Part shown: positions 1-13,000 of the stretch, in pieces
Layout of the letters: each line of letters opens with the position of its first letter
Position numbering within the stretch: the first letter of the stretch is position 1
Assembly (NCBI GenBank): GCA_977017645.1
Contig: OZ360221.1
Coordinates: 115,754,001-115,818,000 of the forward strand
DNA length: 64,000 nucleotides
From: Torpedo marmorata
Lineage: Eukaryota
Direction: 5' to 3'
Program-made: the position numbers and the translations under genes
The notes under the pieces: generated by a model
Told to the model about the DNA's origin: nothing
What the model saw: only the letters and a program-made list of their open reading frames with translations
Database searches by the model: none

Positions 1-463
1 AATGAGGGGGAGGGAGACTCCAGTGATCCTTTCTGCCACTCTTATGGACCTGTGGATTGACCTCCGATCCATTTCTCTGCAGAAACCATACCACTCTGTG
101 ATGCAGCTGGCCAGGACGCTCTCGATAGAGCTCCTATAGAAGGTTGACATAATGGTGGCCGGTAGCCATGCCCACTTCAGTCTTCTCAGGAAGTGCAGTC
201 ACTGTTGCGCCTTTCTGATAAGTAAGGAGGTGTTGAGCGTCCACGATAGGTGACTAGTTAAGTGAACTCCTTGGAACTTGATGCTCTCCACTCTCTTTAC
301 TACAGAGTTGTAGATGTGTAGTGGAGGGTGGTCGTTCCTGGTCCTCCTGAAGTTCACAATCATCTCCTTCGTCTTGTCCACGCTGAGACTCAGGTTGTTA
401 CTCTCACACCATATCATGAGATTTTCCACCTCTTCTCTGTAGGGGTCACATCGTTGTTGCTGA
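1..463 (-). mobile_element. Rex1/Babar-type LINE, RT C-terminal part (3' half of an element split by the insertion at 464-1232)
   Basis: Minus-strand translation ...SNND..YREEVENLMIWCESNNLSLSVDKTKEMIVNFRR...LSWTLNT...KAQQ is typical of Rex/Babar RT. It continues the FADDTTVVGLI motif that ends near 1231. Confidence 0.8.
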
Positions 464-1232
464 ACTTCAGCTTGTTGAATGGTGTATCGACAATAAACTT
501 GCGCTCAACGTCAGCAAAACCAAGGAGATGATTCTGGACTTCAGGAGGAAGTCAGGGGAACATGACCCAGTCCTCATCAAGGGCTCAGTAGTGGAGAGGG
601 TCAACTTCAAATTCCTGGGTGTCAACTTCTCCGAGGATCTGTCCTGGAGCCTCCACGTTGATGCAATCACAAAGAAGGCTCGCCAGCGGCTATACTTTGT
701 GAGGTGTCTGAGGAGATTCAGTATGTCACCGAAGACTCTCGTAAACTTCTACAGGTGTACCGTGGAGAGAATTCTGGCTGGTTGCATCACTGCCTGGTAT
801 GGAGGCGCCAACTCTCAGGACAAGAATAAACTCCAGAGGGTTGTTAACTTGGCCTGCGACATCACAGGCACCAGACATCACTCCATCGAGGACATCTACA
901 TGAGGCGGTGTCTTAAAAAAGCAGCCTCTATCCTCAAACACCCCCACCACCCAGGCCATGCCCTCTTCACTCTGCTACCATCGGGAAAAGGTACAGGAAC
1001 CTAAAGACGAGCACTCAGCGGCACAAGGACAGCTTCTTCCCCGCTGCCATCAGATTCCTGAATAATCAATGAACCAAAGACACTGCCTTACTTTTCATGC
1101 ACTATTATTTATATATATTTTTATAGTAATGTCATAAGATGGTTATAATATGAATGTTTGCACTATGATGCTGCCGCAAAACACCGAATTTCATGACTTG
1201 TTCATGACAATAAATTCTGATTCTGATTCTGA
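464..1232 (+). mobile_element. 5'-truncated Rex1/Babar-type LINE with (TTCTGA)n tail
   Basis: ORF 528-1004 is an RT C-terminus. The 3' UTR has AATAAA then ttctgattctgattctga. It is near-identical to 4818-5572. Confidence 0.85.
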
Positions 1233-1835
1233 TGAGGCCGACTACTGTTGTGTCATCTGCAAACTTGATGACACTATTGGAGCTGGATCAGGCAATGCAG
1301 TTATGGGTCAGTGGCGTGAACAGGAGCGGGCTGAACACACAGCCCTGAGCTGCACCAGTGTTCAGCGTGACGATGTTCGATGTTCTGCTACTGACCTGGA
1401 CAGACTGTGGTCTATCCATTAGGAAGTCCAGAATCCAGTTACAGAGAGGGGTGTTGAATCCCAGCAAGGATAGCTTCTCCACCAGTTTCTGGGGAATGAT
1501 CATAGTAAATGCCAAGCTGAAGTCAATGAACAGCAGCCTGGCGTATGAGGTGTCATTCTCCAAGTGGATCAGGACGGAGTGAAGGGATAAAGCTATAGCA
1601 TCGGCTGTGGAACGGTCTCTTCTGTAGGTGAATTGAAATGGGTCCAGCGTCTCTGGGAGATGTGCTTTGATGTGTTCCATCACCAGACAATCGAAGCATT
1701 TCATAATGGTGGAGGTCAGTGCCACAGGACGGTAGTCATTGAGGACTGTTATTGACGCCCTCTTGGGTACCAGGATGATGGTGGCTGTCTTGAACCCTGC
1801 GGGAATCATGAACTGCTGCAGTGAGGTGTTGAATG
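1233..1835 (-). mobile_element. Rex1/Babar-type LINE RT core (5' half of the split element)
   Basis: Translation includes [27 protein letters not shown] and [13 protein letters not shown], then FADDTTVVGLI after a frameshift. Confidence 0.8.
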
Positions 1836-2230
1836 ATCCACAAATCTGAACCCCTGCTCCCTGCATCAACTCTTCAGCCGTGCATTCATCTGACATATTC
1901 TTACCCTCACTGGCACACAGTACAGGCAGCAATCTAGAGATTATTACCCTTGCTTTTTTAGCTTCCGCCAACTCCCTATATTCAGTCTTCAAGACGTCCT
2001 CCCTTTTCCTATTTATGTCATTGGTACCAATGTGTACCACGACTTCTGGCTTCTCACCCGCCCTCTCAAGAATGCTGTTGACTCAATCTGAGATGTGTCT
2101 GATCCTGACACCTGGGAGCAACATACCATCTGCAGGTCTTGATCTCCTCTGTAGAATCCTGTCTGACCCTATCCAATGAATCCCTATCACTATCTTTCTC
2201 CTCCCCCAACTTCTTTTCTGAGCCATAGAG
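1836..2230 (-). mobile_element. CR1-type LINE ORF1 (SGNH esterase-like) fragment
   Basis: [10 protein letters not shown]...VIISRLLPV motif of CR1/L2 ORF1 esterase domains. The fragment is decayed and its ends are approximate. Confidence 0.6.
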
Positions 2231-2654
2231 CCAGACTCATTGCCATCCTTACAGTTGTTGTGATCCAGTAATTACCATTCTTACATTCATTCTTCCATAA
2301 CCAAACCCCTCAGAATAATTGTAACTTCCTCTGCGTTTCTCTACCTCTGGCCTCCCTCACATTCCTTCACCCTTCATTGGCACTCATCCTTTGAGGTTTT
2401 GGGTTCCAAAATTCTGGAATTTCCTCCTCAAATCTCTGCTTCTTTCTCAGTCACTTCTATTGAGAAACTGCTTGAAGGTTATCACTTTCATGATATGATT
2501 GGTCACATAATTGCAATTAAAGCAAAAAGAATAAAGCTCTTAATAGAATAAAACATCATCAGATGCTTCACAAGAGAGTGGGCCAACTCTGATATGATAG
2601 CTGATCATGAACATTATTAATAGGGTAGATATTATGGGGTATCATGTAAAAGAT

Positions 2655-2970
2655 ATCATAGTACAGCACAGGAACAGGCCCCTTGGCCCACAATGTCTGT
2701 GCTGATCATGATGCCAAACTAAACTCATCCCATCTCCCTGCACATGATCAATATCTCTCCATTTCCTACCTGTCTAAATTCCTCTTAAACATTGCGATCA
2801 TCGCTTCTTCCACTACTTCCTCTCGCAGCATTTTCCAGGCACCTATCACTCTCTGAGTGTAAAAGAAATGCCTTGTATATCTCCATGAAACTTTCCAACT
2901 ATCACCTTACACCTATGACCTCTGGTATTTAACATTTCTACCTTAGGAAAAAGAATCCAATTACCTACTT
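2655..2970 (-). mobile_element. CR1 LINE 3' end fragment
   Basis: The reverse complement resembles the CR1 3' end at 12700-13000 (GGGCCTGTTCCTGTGCTGTA-type terminus). Confidence 0.6.
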
Positions 2971-3209
2971 TATGTGTAAAGGAGGAGTGTGAGAACTAGA
3001 GGAGTGGAAAGGTTCTGCGGTGGGATTCCAGAGCTCATTGCCGAGAAAGATGAAAACATTTCAGAACATAGGTGAAACAAGTCAAAAAAGTTTAATTTGA
3101 GGAGCAAATGAATAAATTTCATATTCATTTGACTATGAATGGTGAATGATTGTAGTGTGTTACTAAAGGATTTGATAAAGTGGATTAAAGAAAACTATTG
3201 TTGTTAAAC

Positions 3210-4130
3210 AAGAAAATCTGCATATGCTGGGGTACAGTGCAATACACAAAAGTGCTGGAGAAACTCAGCAGATCATGCAGCAACCATAGGAAGTAAAAGG
3301 TAATCAATGTTCGGTCCTCAACCCTTTGCCAGGAATTGGAAAACAGGTAGATGCTTGAATAAAAAGGTGGAAGGGAGAAGAGAAGAGGAGAGGAGGGAGG
3401 AAGAGGAAGGTGGAGGAGCATAGGCTAAAAGGTAAGAGGTGATAGGTGGGAGGGTAAAAGAGAAAGAAACTGAGAAGTGATAGGGGGAGAGAGCCGAGGG
3501 CTAAGAATGGTAGATCACTGATAGGAGAAGGAAGGGAAGGGGACGGGGAGCTAGAGGAAAGGAGACATAGGGATGGGGAAAGAGAGAGACTGGGGGAAAT
3601 TGGGGAAATCGATATTAATGTCATCTGCTTGGAGACTGCCAAAAGAGAATATACTGTAGGCACTGTTCCTCCAATTTGCGGGTGTCCTCGATTTGGCAGT
3701 ACATGAGACAATACAGACATGTCTGTGTGGGAATGGTGTATGGAATTAAAATAGCCACTTGGAAGTCCTTGCCTTTGCAGCAGAGTGAAGGTGCTCAGCG
3801 AAACAATCGCCCAATCTGCGCCCAGTCTCTCCGATGTAGAGTCGGCCATATCAGGAGCACCAGATTCAAGAAATGACCCTTGTAGATTCACAAATAAAGT
3901 GTTCCTTCCATTGGAGCCCTGAATAGTGGTGAGGGAGGAGGAGTAAATGCAAGTGTAGCACTTCTTGCGGTCACCGGGAGAAGTACCAAGGGGGCAATTA
4001 GTGGGAAGGGATGAGCGGACAAGAGAGTTGCAGAGGGAGCAATCCCTACAGAAAGCAGAGAGGAGAGGGGAGGGGAAGTGTGTCTGATGTGGGATCCCGT
4101 TGTAGGTGTTGGAAAATGTGGAGAATAATT
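3210..4130 (-). mobile_element. Penelope-like element, GIY-YIG endonuclease region and 3' part, decayed
   Basis: Frameshifted remnants CYTC...LYIGETGRRLGDxFAEHL...YFNSIHHSHTDMSVL, followed by a pyrimidine-rich tract. Confidence 0.7.
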
Positions 4131-4394
4131 TTCCCTTTGATGGGTTTTTGAGAACAAAGCAACGTAGCATCTGCTGAAAATATTTGGTGGTATTTTTGCA
4201 GTTCTCTGAGGAACCTACAGTAAATCGTCAAAATATCCCATGTATGTAGGAGGGTGGGAGATCAATGTTGCTTGCCAGATCATGAGCATGCTGCTGTGTT
4301 TGAGGGACTAGTTTTCAAAATCTCTTTTTCCATGAAACCTGAGGATATACTGGCATTGGAGTTGAAGGAGAGGTATTGCTGAGAAGTGACAAAG

Positions 4395-5572
4395 TACACT
4401 CCACAGCAGACGCAATATCACTGGCTCTCCACTCAGCTCTGGATCACCGAGAAAACAGCAACTCATACATACGGCTGCTCTTCATAAACTACAGCTCAGC
4501 CTTCAACACCATTATTCCCTCAGTGCTGGTCAAGAAGCTCCAAAACCTGGGCCTCTGCACCCCACTCTGCAACTGGATCCTTGATTTCCTCATCAGAAGA
4601 CCACAGTCAGTACGAATTGGAAACAACGTCTCCTCCTCACTATCAACACAGGCGCACCTCAAGGATACGTGCTTAGCCCACTGCTCTACTCACTATACAC
4701 CCATGACATTGCGGCCAGGCACAATTCAAGTGCTATCTACAAATTTGCCAATGACACTACGGTTGTCGGCAGAATCACAAACGGCAATGAGGAAGCGTAC
4801 AGGAGGGAGAAAGATCAGCTCGTTGAGTATTGTCACACTAACAACCTTGCATTCAACGTTAGAAAAACCAAGGAGATGATTGTGGACTTCAGGAGGAAAT
4901 CAGGAGAACACGATCCAGTCCTCATCGAGGGCTCAGTAGTAGAGAGGGTCAAGAACTTCAAATTCCTGGGTGTCAACATCTCTGAGGATCTGTCCTGGAG
5001 CCTCCATGTCGATGCAATCACGAAGAAGGCTCACCAGCGGCTATACATTGTGAGGTGTTTGAGGAGATTCGGTATGTCACCGAAGACTCACGAAAACTTC
5101 TACAGGTGTACTGTGGAGTGCATTCTGGCTGGTTGCATCACTGTCTGGTACGGAGGTGCCAACGCTCAGGACAAGAATAAACTCCAGAGGGTTGTTAACT
5201 CGGCCTGTGACATCACAGGCACCAGACTTCACTCCATCCAGGACATCTACAAGAGGCGGTATCTTAAGAAAGCAGCCTCTATCCTCAAGGATCCCCACCA
5301 TCCAGGCCATGCCCTCTTCACTCTGCTACCATCGGGAAAAAGATACAGGAGCCTAAAGACGAGCACTCAGCAGCACAAGGACAGCTTCTTCCCCGCTGCC
5401 ATCAGATTCCTGAATGATCAATGAACCAAAGACACTGTCTTACTTTGACTTTTCATGCACTATTTTTATTTATTTTTGTAAGGTTGTTTATATGAATGTT
5501 TGCACTGTGATGCTGCCGCAACAACGAATTTCATGACTTTTTCATTACATTAAATTCTGATTCTGATTCTGA
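4395..5572 (+). mobile_element. Rex1/Babar-type LINE, 5'-truncated, (TTCTGA)n tail
   Basis: ORFs 4376-4879 and 4669-5424 carry RT motifs (LLFINYSSAFNTI, LSPLLYSLYT, KFANDTTVVG) with one frameshift. Same family as 464-1232. Confidence 0.85.
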
Positions 5573-5850
5573 ATCAGAATTCTAGAAATGAATTCAGAAT
5601 AACTATCTTTAATATCAAGGCAATGTTTAACCAAGTGTAGTATCAAGTGGTCCTAGTAGAAATGAAATCAATGGACAGCATCCACGACTCTACCACCAGC
5701 ACAGGTATTTTTCCTTCTTCTACCTTCATATGCTCTCCTCCAGACAGATCAGCAATGATTCACAAGCATTCAACTCCATCTCTTAGAGAACAACAAAAGC
5801 AATTGTGCCCTCTGGATAATCTACAGTCTCATTATAATGCCATAGTGATG

Positions 5851-5949
5851 TCTGTATTTATGATACCTTTTTTAAGCATCATATATGATGATAATGATAA
5901 TAAGTTTATAGTCATATATGATGCTTAAAAAAGGTATCATAAATACAGA
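5851..5949. repeat. Perfect 38-bp inverted repeat with 23-nt spacer
   Basis: 5851-5888 TCTGTATTTATGATACCTTTTTTAAGCATCATATATGA is the exact reverse complement of 5912-5949. Confidence 0.95.
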
Positions 5950-7575
5950 AGATGTACATATGAACCAAAATTTTTACTTGCTGCAGCCAAACATTTACTT
6001 CATGAAAAGCTACAATATTATATATTAAATTGAAAGACAATAAATACAAAAGATAGATGGATAAATATTCACATAGTGCAAGAAAAAAATGGTTTTACAA
6101 TAGTGCAGACATTCCTTTTATGGTGTTGGAGCAGTATATGATTAGTGTAACAAAGGGAGGATCAAGAGCCTGATAGCTGTTAGAAAGAAACTGTTCTTGA
6201 ATCTCGAGGTGCTAGTCTTCAGTCTTCTGTACCTTCTGCCCATAGGTAGCAGTGAAAAGAGGTTGTGACCAGAGTGAGGAAGGTCTTTTATGATGTTGGC
6301 TGCCTTCATGAGGCAGTGCATTACATAGATGTGTGCAATGGATGGGAGGTCGGAGCCTGTGATGTATCTATGTTTGTAACCTTCTGCGCTCTTCTGCATT
6401 CTTGGACCCTTGAATTTCCAAATTAGGCTGTGATGCAACCAATCAGTATACTTTCCACAGTGAACCTGCAGAAGTTTGATAAAAGTATTTGATGACATGA
6501 CAAATCTCCTCAAACTTCCTTAGAAAGTAAAGACTGGTGTTTCTTCTTCATGGTTGCCTCGATGAGCTGTCTCCAGGAGAGGTCTTCTAAAATATGGACT
6601 CCCAGAAACTTGAAGGTACTAACCCTCTCCACCTCCATCCCATCAATGTAGACAGTTGCATGGTCCCTCAGCCTCTACTGAAATCAACAATAAACTCTTT
6701 GGTGTCAGTGACGTTGAGAGCAAAATTGTTGTTGTGGCACCACCCAATGAGATTCTCGATCTCCATTCTGTATTCTGACTCATCATTTCCATTATTCACC
6801 AATAATGGTGGTGTCGTCAGTGAATTTTGATATTGCATTGGGATGAAACTTGGCTATGCAGTCATTACTGTACAGGGAACAGAGCAGGGGACTAAGCACG
6901 CAGCCTTAGGTTACTCCTGTGTTGATGGTCTGTGAGGAGGAGGGGCTGTTGTCGATCCGCACTGATTGGAGTCTGCCGATGAAGAAGTCAAGGATCCAAT
7001 TGTTGAGGAACGAACAGAGTCCCAGATCCTTCAGTCTGGAGAAGAGTTTTGCTGTATGATGGTCTTGATGTAGGAATACTTATGGTCCAGGTGATCTACA
7101 TAAAGTTGAGGGCCAGCGACATGGCGTCCATCGTTGTTGACCTATTGTGATGACAGACGAATTGACGTGGGTCCAGGTCCTTCCTGACACAGGGGTTGAG
7201 CTGCTCCCTAACTAACCTCTAAAAGCACTTAATCATGGTAGAGATGTCAGTGTCACTGGTGATAGTTGTCGAGGCATCTCATCTTGCTCTTCTTGAGCAC
7301 TGGTATAATGGAAGTCCTTTTCAAGCAGGTGGTGACCTCTGACTGTTGTAGAGAAAGATTGAAAATGTCCACAAAAACTGCCGCCAGTTGGTTCGCATTG
7401 GTTTGAAGGACACAGCCAGGAACACTGTCTCAGCTAGATGCTTTTTGAGGATTGACCCTCCAGAACGCTCTGTTCACATCAGTCTCAGAAACTGGGAGCA
7501 CAGAGTCGCCAGGACTGTGGGGGCTCACAAGGGTTCTTCATTGTTTTATCTTTCGAAGCAAGCATAGAAGGCATG
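5890..7575 (-). mobile_element. Decayed Rex1/Babar-type LINE
   Basis: ORF 6142-6513 (LFSLLPMGRRYRRLKTSTSRFKNSFF) with upstream RT remnants and a short-repeat tail near 5890. Confidence 0.75.
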
Positions 7576-8099
7576 TCAAACAAATATTGACAAAGGGTTA
7601 CATTCTTGTTTAAACTAAATACAGATGCAAGTACTTGTGAAAAAATTTTCAGGCTGGATTTTAATTATGTGTTATGTGACCTTTTCTAAATGCATACTCC
7701 AGACCTCCTTACACTATGAAAGTAAACTGGAGCTTCTCAGAGTTAGGGACCTGAAGACAGACAAACTAAAATAGAAAAAAATATTTAAACCCTCAGGCAA
7801 ACAGGCCAACCTGTCCAAGTGACAAATAATTTTATGCTAATGTTATTCTAGTGAAGTTGAGTTTTGCGCATTATTATTTGATTTGAAGTATGCCAACTGA
7901 TTCAAATGTAAATGATTAAATGCTATAATGAAGTCAAAGTGAAAACTTTTGTCTTAAGGGACCAGATGATGCCTGAAGCATCTATTGCAATAAGAAGCTT
8001 TCTCATATTGTGTTAGTGCTGTTGATGCTTCCTTTATTGACTAACAGAGATTTGTCTCAAATGGTTTCCAAATTCTGAAGGTCTGTCAGTGAAACTATA

Positions 8100-8335
8100 T
8101 GAAAAAAATCTGCAGATTCTGCAAATCTAAAATAAAAACAGAAAATGCTGTAAATATTCAGCAGATAACCCCCATTTTATCTTAGAGATTTTCCCCCTCC
8201 CCCTTCTACCTCCCACAGCTTAACAGGCTTCTTTTGTCTCCTTCCCAGTTCTTTTGACCTGAATTGTTAACTCTGTTTCTCTTCCCACCGGTGCAGTTTG
8301 ACCTGCTGAGTTTTTCCAACAATTCTGTTTTTTAA
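8100..8335. mobile_element. Short non-autonomous repeat with imperfect inverted termini (Penelope-terminus/MITE-like)
   Basis: aaaaacagaaaatgctgtaaatattcagcag at the left end pairs imperfectly with ctgctgagtttttccaacaattctgttttt at the right. Similar termini occur near 3210-3270 and 21760-21840. Confidence 0.55.
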
Positions 8336-9249
8336 TTTAAGAAGTTCTGCAATTCTGAGATCAAGTTCCAGTCTCAACACTTTCTGGCCTATTCAGGATC
8401 AAGCAATCAAACAATGAAGATAAACCTTTCTAAACCTTCTGGTGGAAAAAAAAATGGTATAAGCTTCCTTTAGCTGACTATGGGAAGATTGGCATCAGGA
8501 ACCTTTAGCAACTCTTACAATAATCAATATTTGGAGAAGCGTTTTCAGACCCAATTCTCAAGAAATGAAAATTAACAAAAACTCTCTTCACTGGCTCTGT
8601 TGGTCTAATTCAATAATTTTTCACATTATCCAGTTACAGGCTGCACACTTTATACATAAATAGCTGAGAAGATGAGAAAAAAGATGAAGCTCCCTGAATC
8701 CTCATCAGGTACGTGATTATGCAGCACTGATGACTCCAGTTGAAATCACAATGCAGTGTAAAGCATCAATAGCTTGTAAGTCCTTGCTGAGAATTAATCA
8801 ATTTCATCCTATGTAAAGACTGGCTTGTTGACAGTGACATCAAGAATATAAGTGGGAAAAAAATCAATGATTACTGGTTTGACTATATTTCAAGAAAATC
8901 TAGCCAGTATTACCATACAATCCTACTGAGTACACCAAAATCAATCATATTCGATTGATTTTTTTTTAATATGTAAGTTTTTGGAAAAATGTTGCAAAAG
9001 GTTCTTTAAATTATCTGATGGTATCAAAGAATGCAAGTGCATGTTGGATGTGGAAGACTAACTGGAAGAGGCACATTCCGCAAGGAAATCAGAATGCAAA
9101 GACAGGTTCCAGGATTGGGATCCACCTAAGGAAGCAAAGTTGTTTAATGATTAGATATGCGGATGCCTTCCTCTAAGGCAGGAAATGCAAGATTATGGAG
9201 TCATGCTTGAATTGTATGCAGTACATGTTAATTCCCTCCCCCCCCCCAT

Positions 9250-9620
9250 CGACGTGATCTACCGGTATCGTTGTCTGAAGAGGGCGCGCAAAATCATTGA
9301 GGACCCCTTCCACCCCGCACACAGCATTTTTCAGCTGCTCCTGTCAGGAAAGAGATAGAGGCGTATCAGAACCAGCACCACCAGACTGTAGAACAGCTTC
9401 TTCCCACAGGCAGTGAGAATGCTGAATGACTAAAGGAACTGCTCACACTAACTATCCGAGACTCTCATATTCATGAAACAATATTTGTTTATTTATTTGT
9501 ATAGATGAAATACTTGTCCTGCATATGTATTGTTTGTCTGTATGTGTGTTATGTCTGGTTGTATGTCTGCGTGTTTCGTCGGGTTGTACTTGTACAATCA
9601 GATGACAATAAACTTGACTT
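9250..9620 (+). mobile_element. Rex/Babar LINE 3' end inserted in a CR1 relic
   Basis: Encodes the IIEDPFHPAHSIFQLLLSG...NSFFPQAVRMLN C-terminus and ends in AATAAA plus acttgactt. CR1-like sequence lies on both sides (about 9150-9230 and 9620-10100). Confidence 0.7.
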
Positions 9621-11148
9621 AATATGAGTTCTGTCTACATTTCTGGTCGTCACCACATTATAGGAATGATGTGGTTGTACTGGAGAGGGTGCAGAGGAGA
9701 TTCAAGAGACTATTGCTAAAACTGGAAAAAGTGTAGCAATTAGGAAAGGTTAAATAAACATTGGTTGTTTCTTTGAAAAGAGGCTGATGAAAGATGTACA
9801 AAATTATAAGGGGTCTGGACATAGTATATAAGAAGGACCTATTTCCCTTAGCAGAGTTTTCAACACCAGGGTTCAGAGATGTAAAGTAATTGGTTAATGG
9901 TTTATAAAGGGAGAGGAAATATTTTCTCCCCTCAAGGGTTGCAGGGATCTGGACCTCACAATATGAAATGGAGATAGAGACAGAAACCTACACTATATTT
10001 TAAATATATAATTGAAGATCTAGTGTTAGTAGGTGTGATTAGGCTACCAAGCTCTTTTTCGGTTGGCATACATGGGTCAAAAACTACTTCTGTGCAATAA
10101 ATATTCTATGCTTCAATATACTTTTCTGGGGCAATAGTTTTTCCCCATGATTACAATATCCTGGGATTGAAAATGTCCAAATGAAGTACCAGGTCTCCAA
10201 ATGGATATATTTTCCAAACTGTTAATGATACCTTTTCAACATTTGTGGTGGTAAATCAAGGAAATTGATACAACAAAGTTATTCTTACTTTCGGCTACAG
10301 ATAAATAATTTAATAAATAATTATGTCTCAATGTTTTCATATGAGAATTTGCCTCTTCATCAGTCTATGTAAAGATACAAATTGGTATAATTATCCATTT
10401 TTCCATATTTTAACTCAAGCTCTATAATAATATCAGGTGGTAACAGAAGAGATATTAATGAGGGCAAGGTCTCAACATGGTTTAAAATTATTTTTGCAGG
10501 GTTGTGGTGGGTGAACTTTCTTTGTTAATTATACATTCATAAGATGTGGCATCACAGTGAAAGTGAGCATTTATTATTCATCCCTATTTGTTTTAGGCAT
10601 CAGTTAAAAGCTGACTACTTTGTCATGAGACTGAGTAGGTTCCATAAAACAAAGAACCAGTTGGGTTTTTGTAACAATCCATTAGCTTCCTTGTCACTTT
10701 TTCAAGAAAGAATTCAAACTTATGCTCTCTTGCTTATCAGTCCAAGAGAATAACTACTGACCTGAGGTACAAATTCAGTATTCTTACTCAGAGTAAAAAG
10801 CTATTTGTTCATAACACACACGAGGCAGAATTATCCAGTAGTTGTATTTCACCTATTTTCAGTCTGCTAAACTATTGTTTCTATTAATGCTAATGCCAAT
10901 TTGGAACCCCCGCAAAAAAGATCATAAAATTGGTCAAAAGGACACTTGAAAAGGCATAAGGTGGTTATTTCCAGAAACAGCCAATAAAAGCTGCACAATT
11001 ACTATCAACACTACACTCAGGTGAACACAGCTTCTGATAATGTGTGGTATACCAAACTGAGAAGGGTGTCACCCCTTAAAGGCACACTCTAAAAAGGCAA
11101 AGAAACAACAGTAACACACAATAAGGATACTGTGAAAGAAAGGAGGCT

Positions 11149-11151
<3 letters not shown>

Positions 11152-11192
<41 letters not shown>
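11152..11192. repeat. (GA)n microsatellite
   Basis: About 20 uninterrupted AG units. Confidence 0.95.
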
Positions 11193-11194
<2 letters not shown>

Positions 11195-11974
11195 CCCATA
11201 TATTTATTGAAAGAGACCTGTGCATTTTCATCAGTACGATAAATACCAGGAGATAAAGGGACAGATAAAATAAAGGGACAGATAAAGATAAAATACCAGC
11301 ATGTTAAAGGGACAGGACACATGCTAGCACAAACAGAAAAAGAACCTAGCTGTTGATGTCTCCAACCATAAGAATCCTCAATCAGTGAAGGAATCAGCAA
11401 GCAATAAATATGTCAGAACACTGAAAACAGTTGTAGCAAACTATTTCTAGAATTAGATCAAGGATTCATGTCTGGATGGACCTGTATATTAGCATGCTCA
11501 AAATTACAAAATAATATTGTGTCTTCATACATTCCTCCACATGCATAGAGTAAATTGACATTGCAGCTTAAGATCCCATCTTGGCTATCCAAGGTAACTA
11601 AGGAAGACTATCTTCGCACTCCATTTATTGTTGGTGAAGACATCGAGGAATATCAGTCTTTCCTCAAAACGTATTTCATAATATTTCTGTTGCCATCAGC
11701 AAATGACCATATACAGTAATGGTTCAGTGTGGAGCTGATATAATTGTGTAATATCAAGGTGCTGTCTTGGTTGTACAGTATGCAATATTAAATCAAGATC
11801 TGCTCTGCCAGGCAGACATATGATATGCTATCACAGACTCTGGAAAAGACCAGGGCATTTTTGTCCTTGTGTTCCATGCAATATTTATTATGCAACCAGC
11901 ATTAATAGAAAAAAAAACATTTGCCTGATTATTATTTTGTTTTAGGATCTTATTGAGCACACATGGGTATTTCA

Positions 11975-13000
11975 CATGCGGCCTGTGACCAGTGGTGTGC
12001 CTCAGGGATCGGTACTGGGACCATTGTTGTTTGTCATCTATATCAATGATCTGGATGATAATGTGATAAATTGGATCAGCAAGTTTGCAGATGACACTAA
12101 TATGGGAGGTGTTGTGAATAGGGAAAAAGGTTTTCAAAGCTTGCAGAGGGATCTGGACCAGCTGGTAAAATGGACTGATAAATGGCAGATGGAGTTTAAT
12201 GCAGACAAGTGTGAGGTGTTGCATTTTGGAAGGACAAACCAAGAAAGGACATACACGGTAAATGGTAGGGCACTGAGGAGTGCGGTAGAACAGAGGGATC
12301 TGGGAATACAGATAAATAATTCCCTGAAAGTGCCATCACAGGCAGATAGGGTTGTAAAGAGAGCTTTTGGCATATTGGCCTTCATAAATCAAAGTATTGA
12401 GTACAGGAGTTGGGATGTTATGTTAAAGTTGTATAAGACATTGGTGAGGCCAAATTTGGAGTATTGTGTGCAGTTTTGGTCACCTAACTACAGGAAAGAT
12501 ATCAATAAGATGGAAAAAGTGCAGAGAAGATTTACTAGGATGTTGCTGGACTTCAGGAACTGAGTTACAGGGAAAGGTTAAACAGGTTAGGACTTTATTC
12601 CATGGAGTGTAGAAGAATGAGGGGAGATTTGATAGAGGTATTTAAAATTATGAGGGGGATAGACACAGTAAATGTAGGTAGGCTTTTTCCACAAAGGGTA
12701 GGTGAGATATAAACCAGAGAACATGGGTTAAGGGTGAAAGGGGAAAAGTTTAAGGAGAACATGAAGGGGAACTTCTTCACTCAGAGAGTGGTGGGAGTGT
12801 GGAACGAGCTTCCAGCTGAAGTGGTAAATGTGGGCTCAATTTTAATATTTAAGAAGAATTTAGACAGGTACATGGATGGGAGAGGTATGCAGGGCCATGG
12901 ACTGGGTACAGGTCAGTGGGACTAAGAAAAATATGGTTCAGCACAGACTAGAGGGGCCGAGGTGGCCTGTTTCTGTGCTGTAATTGTTCTATGGTTCTAC
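11975..13000 (+). mobile_element. CR1 LINE 3' portion
   Basis: VTSGVPQGSVLGPLLFVIYINDLD...SKFADDT...LYKTLVRPNLEYCVQFWSP...FFTQRVVGVWNELP, ending in a ttctatggttcta tail. Confidence 0.92.

Noticed and set aside
1288-2040. 250-aa ORF that looks like an esterase-RT fusion protein
   Set aside because: It is a chance in-frame join of a CR1 ORF1 fragment and a Rex RT fragment. Both are truncated and decayed.
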